Origin: Macrostomum lignano
Taxonomy: Eukaryota
Length of the DNA stretch: 24,128 bases
NCBI GenBank assembly: GCA_002269645.1
Contig: NIVC01005163.1
Span: 1-24,128, forward strand
Direction of reading: 5' to 3'
Position 1 is the stretch's first letter. Every line of letters starts with the position of its first letter. Below the pieces are notes generated by a model. That model saw nothing but the letters and a program-made list of their open reading frames with translations, was not told the origin of the DNA and did no database searches. A program made the position numbers and the translations under genes. Shown one piece after another: positions 19,608 to 24,128 of the stretch.

Positions 19608-20854
19608 CTACCACCACCGCCGACCGTGCTTAATAGCATACGGGGTCAGGTGTCGTTCGACGTTGCACAGGTTGTGCTTGCGAACAAAGTCAAAATCGAA
19701 CGGATTAACGTTCACCTCCGAGACGTACTGGTCGTAACGTTGCTCAAAGTCGAGCATCTCCTGCGACACGAATCGAGCTTTGAAGGGCAGATAGCCAGCC
19801 ATCTGGCGCAGCATTCGAAATGCCTCCTGCCAATCGAGATTGCCGCCCAATTCCAAAATGATTCGCTCGTCTTTTACTGGCGATTTGTAGAATTTCGGAT
19901 CGCGTTTACCGCCGCCAAGGGTGAGGCCGGGCGGCCGCTTGTAGCCCGCCATCCAGGGGGCGTCAACGCGCCAGACTGCAAACATCCGGTCCAGGTCCAG
20001 CTTCCGGTTCAACGACATCCGGATGGTTTCGAAGTGATTGTGTAACATCACACCAGCCTCTAGGGCCTGAAAGAGTCGGTGGTTTGGGGTTGGCAGTTAT
20101 TTAATAAGGGCGATTCTGAAGGCTCAGGGGCGATTCTGAAAGCTCACGTAGGTGACTCAGGGGGCGATTCTAAAGGCTCACGTAGGTGACTCAGGGGGGG
20201 GCGATTCTAAAGGCCAACGTAGATGGCTCAGGAACGATTCTAAAGGCTCATGTAGATAGCTCAGGGACAGGGACGATTTTAAAGGCTCAGGTAGATAGCT
20301 CAGGGACAGGAACGATTCTAAAGGCTCAGGTAGATAGCTCAGGGACAGGGACGATTCTAAAGGCCCAGGTAGATAGCTCAGGGACGATTCTAAAGGCTTA
20401 GGTAGATGGCTCAGGGCCGATTTCAAACAGATGACTCAGGAGCCATTCTAAATGCATGACTCAGGAGCCATTCTAAATGCATGACTCAGGAGCCATTCTA
20501 AATGCTTGACACAGGGACCATTCTAAATGCATGACTCAGGAGCCAATTTACCTGCACTCCAAACTGCTTATGGATAAGCTTATTATGCACGAGTTCCGGA
20601 CCGCGAAAAATTGCCCGACTCTGCGTATAATGCCACTTGGCGCCTGGCGACACTAGCGAGCCAGCATTGGACGTTGGCACCTTGGGTCGGATTGGCAGTC
20701 GACGCTGATCTCGCGGCACTTCAGCCTCGGACAGGGCGGGCTTCGGCTTCCAGTTCACACGCCAATGCCACAGATAGGGTGCAGCCAGGCAGCGGCTGGG
20801 CTGGCGACCAAAATTATCAGCTACTACAGCTGAGGATAGGCGCTGCCGCCACAT
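19608..20854 (-). CDS. MRPL16: Mitochondrial ribosomal protein L16 (uL16m); exons 20854-20552 and 20066-19608; 253 aa
   Basis: FRGPELVHNKLIHKQFGVQ|ALEAGVMLHNHFETIRMSLNR, MFAVWRVDAPW, LGGGK, YKSPVK..RIILELGG, LPFKARFVS, NPFDF and LTPY match the uL16m pattern. Phase-0 intron CAG|GTAAAT...CTCTTTCAG|GCC. Arg/Ser-rich N-terminus looks like a transit peptide. The start could instead be the Met at 20875. Confidence 0.9.
20108..20547. repeat. Compound minisatellite filling the MRPL16 intron (33-39-bp units, then 25-bp units)
   Basis: GGGAC(AGGGAC)GATTCTAAAGGCTCAGGTAGATAGCTCA units at about 20108-20430; ATGACTCAGGAGCCATTCTAAATGC units at about 20431-20547. Confidence 0.9.
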
Positions 20855-21432
20855 TATGCTACTTATAGTAGGCATGCATGAAAATTCAAGTAGCTTATTA
20901 AGCATTTATAAAGCTTCATTTGCCTCTGCTTTACTATCCAAAACATGGTGCTGAGTGATACCCTGGCTTCAAAACTTTAATTCCAGTGTCTCAGTGTCTT
21001 TTATGGTGCAACAGTGCTCTGAATTGTGCCTCCTTGTGTGCAATCACATTGCAGTTTAGTGCAAGCAGTTACAAAAAATGTACAATTGTTGCTGCTTGCA
21101 CAGGTGTGCAATTTTTATGTCAAAAATCTATACTGGCCTATATTATCATTGTCATTGATGCCAATGGTTTAGCATGCCATTTTAGTTAGATTTTAGTATA
21201 CAAATTTAAAAGAAAATGTCAAAGGTCTGACTGTCAGTTCCTAGACATTTTGTCAACTATTATACCTTATATTGGTCACTTTGTCATCTATCAATCTTAA
21301 TGAACTCACCATGTGAATAGGATTGTAAGATGAAAGTGAGGGGAGATGCGCATGGTCTAGATTCTATACAAAAACAAGTAAATGTAAACTAACAAGAAAT
21401 TATGGCTAGGCGCCCTGCAGCCACCATGAGAG

Positions 21433-21726
21433 CTAGGCTTGCCTAATCAATTGACGGTGAACAACTAGCTGCACTTTGTGGACCCTAACCACTTAGAACT
21501 TCCCTAGAAGTCTACACAAACACAGTGGAGGGCACATGGGCCTATGCTAAAGCCCATTTCAGGGCCATGCATGGCACTCCAAGGCCCTGTTCAACACCCA
21601 CTTGGACGAATTTCTCTGGCATTGCTGCAACCTGCGCAACACCTTTGGGAATAGGCCTATCCTTTTCTGGGTGGCGCACTATAATGCCATCTGAGGCATA
21701 AAACATAAAACAAAACTGTCGTTACC
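21433..21726 (+). pseudogene. Fossil Merlin/ISXO2 (IS1595-like) transposase, C-terminal part
   Basis: Across two frameshifts and one stop: LGLPNQLTVNN*LHFVDP (21433-), VYTNTVEGTWAYAKAHFRAMHGT (21510-), FNTHLDEFLW...TFGN(RP)ILFWVAHY (21590-). This matches the ISXO2/Merlin pattern HxTVNHS..FVDP..HTNTIEGxW..xK......G....xxLxEFxW. Possible right end GTCGTTACC at 21718-21726. Confidence 0.7.
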
Positions 21727-23039
21727 TGTCATTTTAAAAACAGTTTGAATTAAATGTGCGAAACTAGGCCTAGAAGATTGCCAAAATTTGGGTGAATAGG
21801 CCCTACATTATTTAAGATGACAAAATGTCCAGGAGCCCAACTGCCTTTCATTTAAAAATAAAATGTGATATATTATTAATATTATTATTAGGCATAACAA
21901 ATGATCTGTAGACTATTTTAAAGTAGGCCCCTAGGCCTAGGCCTACTATATAAAAGTAGGCCTATAACAAATTTAAATAAAAAATAAATAAGAATGACTA
22001 ATTTTCCAATACAACCTATTTTAAATAAGATTTTAATAATTAGGCTATGAAAACTTGGCCTATGCCCTATTTATATAAATATAATAGCTTAGCTATGCCT
22101 ACACTATATAGGCTTATAGCTACAATTCCTTGACAATAATAACTAACACTAACAGGCTGACATGTCATAGGCCTAATGTCAACATTAAAACATGAGTTGT
22201 AGGCCTACTAATAAAAAAATTCTAGCAAAGTTTAAATTAATTCTAGCAGAATGAACAAATTCTAGCAAAGTGTACTGCGTACAGTAATCTTGCGTCCATT
22301 TTCATATTGACACATTAACTTTTTCAATAACTTTGTCAGACCCAGACAGTATATTTTAATTAAGTCTAAATGCATGTATTTCTAAGAAAATTTGTTATGA
22401 ATTATTAACACCTCCAAAATAATTTTTAGTTACTGCTAGGCTTTTAAAGTGAATTATTATTTTAAAATTAAAGAAACCGAGCCTGAAATAACAGACATTT
22501 AGTTTTTTGTTTTACCTGATGTTTACTTTGTATATCTTGGAAATTTAGTTTTTTTAACTTGCAGAAAATAAAAATACAATTTCATGCAGAACGAGTAAAG
22601 ACTGAAGTCCTGAAAAAAACTACAAATAATTACGTCTACGTCTAACCAACCTATTATTTTAAGGTCCGGTCTAATTTTTTGTTTTTGAGCTGCATACTCT
22701 TTCGTTATTCTTACCCTTGTTGATAAGTAACTTTCAGTTGATATTATAATCGGCCCCTACCTTACTTACTTGCGAGGATGCTTGTAAGTTATTTTTAAAT
22801 ATTTTTTTGCTTTTACAAGCCGCAAGGCATTTTTTCTATTGCCGCATAAGTCTAGGCCTATCAATGTTAGCACTGATGCCACTTTTTGTTGTGGCGGCCA
22901 TTCTTTCGTGATAAGCCTCATTGACTTCCTCTTTGCTGCTAAAACATTGGCCTTGCCAGACTCCAGAGGGTTAGGGGGGCTTACATGTACGCCCATTCAT
23001 GCCCAACTTCAAAATTTCACCTGTCTGGTGTGACATAGT

Positions 23040-23115
23040 TTTGTCCAGATTTGCAACTTAGTTTCTTCCAATTGTAACTTAGTTCCTCCCAATTGCAACT
23101 TAGTTCTTCCCAATT
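23040..23115. repeat. 21-bp tandem repeat (~3.5 copies)
   Basis: ATTG(C/T)AACTTAGTT(T/C)(C/T)TCC(C)A units. Confidence 0.75.
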
Positions 23116-23124
23116 GCGACTTGA

Positions 23125-23280
23125 TTTTCATTTTGTATATGACTTTTCTTGCCTTTTTCGATCTTTTCTTCTCTTTCTCTTTTTTTCCTCTTTCCATTCT
23201 CTCTCTTCTCCCTCCTTTCTTTTCCTTTTCTCTTCTTTTTTCTTTTTTCCCCAATTTTTCATTTTTTTTGTTTTTGATTT
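23125..23280. repeat. Polypyrimidine (CT-rich) low-complexity tract
   Basis: Nearly pure C/T; produces spurious F/S-rich and K/E/R-rich ORFs. Confidence 0.8.
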
Positions 23281-23459
23281 TGCAACTTACCTTGGCTAGC
23301 AGCCATTTCACCCATCTGGTTTGGATGAGTTGCCATAGGCCCCTAGTCTGGATCATGGCAGGCATACGCCAGAATGAAAATTCATGTTTTTTTTAATTTT
23401 ACGCCAACGTCGCCAATGTAAAATAATTTTTTTATACCAGACTAAAATTGTTTATATTA

Positions 23460-23612
23460 TAGGGATTCCAAAATCCCGACATTTTACAATCCTGGATTGA
23501 ATAGTTCAGAAATCCCGATGCTGTTGAAATCCCGGGATTCAAAATCCGAATCCCGGTGCTTTTGAAATCCTGGGATCCATTTAAAAGTTTCAGAAATCCC
23601 GGGATCCCGACC
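23460..23612. repeat. Cluster of AAATCC(C)GGGAT palindromic motifs, possible DNA-transposon end
   Basis: About 7 variants of AATCC(C/T)G(GGAT) beginning after TAGGGATT at 23460. Confidence 0.45.
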
Positions 23613-23913
23613 CAAGGTCCGAGTCTGAATGACTTAAAAACAAAATTTCAAGTTCTGGTTAGCTGAGAACTCAGAGCCTGCAACAAAAAGAAGTGCAAAA
23701 TCATACAAATAATTGCAGTCTGTGCTAAAGGCTTGACCTTGACAGCAGAAAATACTACTTGTTGTCGAACAATTTCGGCCGAATGGCCCAGCGGGTCAGC
23801 CCGGGGGGCTCTTCCGCATGCAATTTATTTCGAAATTATTTGGTTAATTAATGATGCTGCAATTTTTACTTACAGTAGTGTAAGAAAATACTACTTATAG
23901 CATTGTTGCCATT

Positions 23914-24062
23914 CATGGAGTCGGGATGATAGAAATCGGGCTACTGGATTTCGCGAGACCTGGCTTTCGTGCAACTGGATTATGCACTGCAGGAACAGAT
24001 GTGCCAAAGCAAGGTCGCGCAAAATCCAGTAGCGCAATTTCTATCATCCCATTGAGTCCATG
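23914..24062. repeat. Long imperfect inverted repeat (hairpin or MITE-like)
   Basis: Arms 23923-23973 and 24000-24050 pair over 51 bp (43 Watson-Crick, 2 G-T, 6 mismatches) around a 26-nt loop; outer extension CATGGAGTC / GAGTCCATG. No TSD identified. Confidence 0.75.
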
Positions 24063-24128
24063 TGACAAGTCAGTTTAGGATGTTGACTGCTTCTGAAAAT
24101 ACGATCGAAGCATGCACAATTTTGATAG

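Noticed and set aside
10413-20547. Regularly spaced repeats as CRISPR arrays
   Set aside because: Units are contiguous with no unique spacers, there are no cas genes, and the context is eukaryotic introns.
1-24128. Spliced-leader RNA or snRNA gene
   Set aside because: No stretch resembling a known SL exon plus Sm site, or an snRNA, was recognised by eye; an Rfam/Infernal scan would be decisive.

Overview
Eukaryotic (animal) genomic DNA with GC-rich exons, GT-AG introns and AT-rich, repeat-laden intergenic sequence. The style suggests a free-living flatworm such as Macrostomum, but that is inference only. Four protein-coding genes can be assembled by hand: two tandem paralogs encoding secreted PAN/Apple + LamG-like proteins (4016-5316 and 6483-7855, +); a five-exon Hillarin/LTD-1 ortholog (LIM + coiled coil + transglutaminase-like + Ig-like repeats, 10085-17046, +) carrying two single-base frameshifts, both at an in-frame GAA-A; and a convergent two-exon MRPL16 (19608-20854, -). 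Mobile DNA includes an intact non-autonomous hAT-type element with 14-bp TIRs and an 8-bp TSD, RTE-like LINE fragments, a CORE-SINE, two copies of another tRNA-derived SINE, a fossil Merlin/ISXO2 transposase and a long hairpin. Three of the four hillarin introns and the MRPL16 intron carry minisatellites near the splice donor; two arrays multimerise TGACTCA and two satellites embed TTAGGG. The most notable signal is a dense cluster of TAGGCCTA palindromes. One sits in-frame inside the Merlin fossil where removing 6 bp restores a plain TA, which supports an origin as transposon excision footprints.
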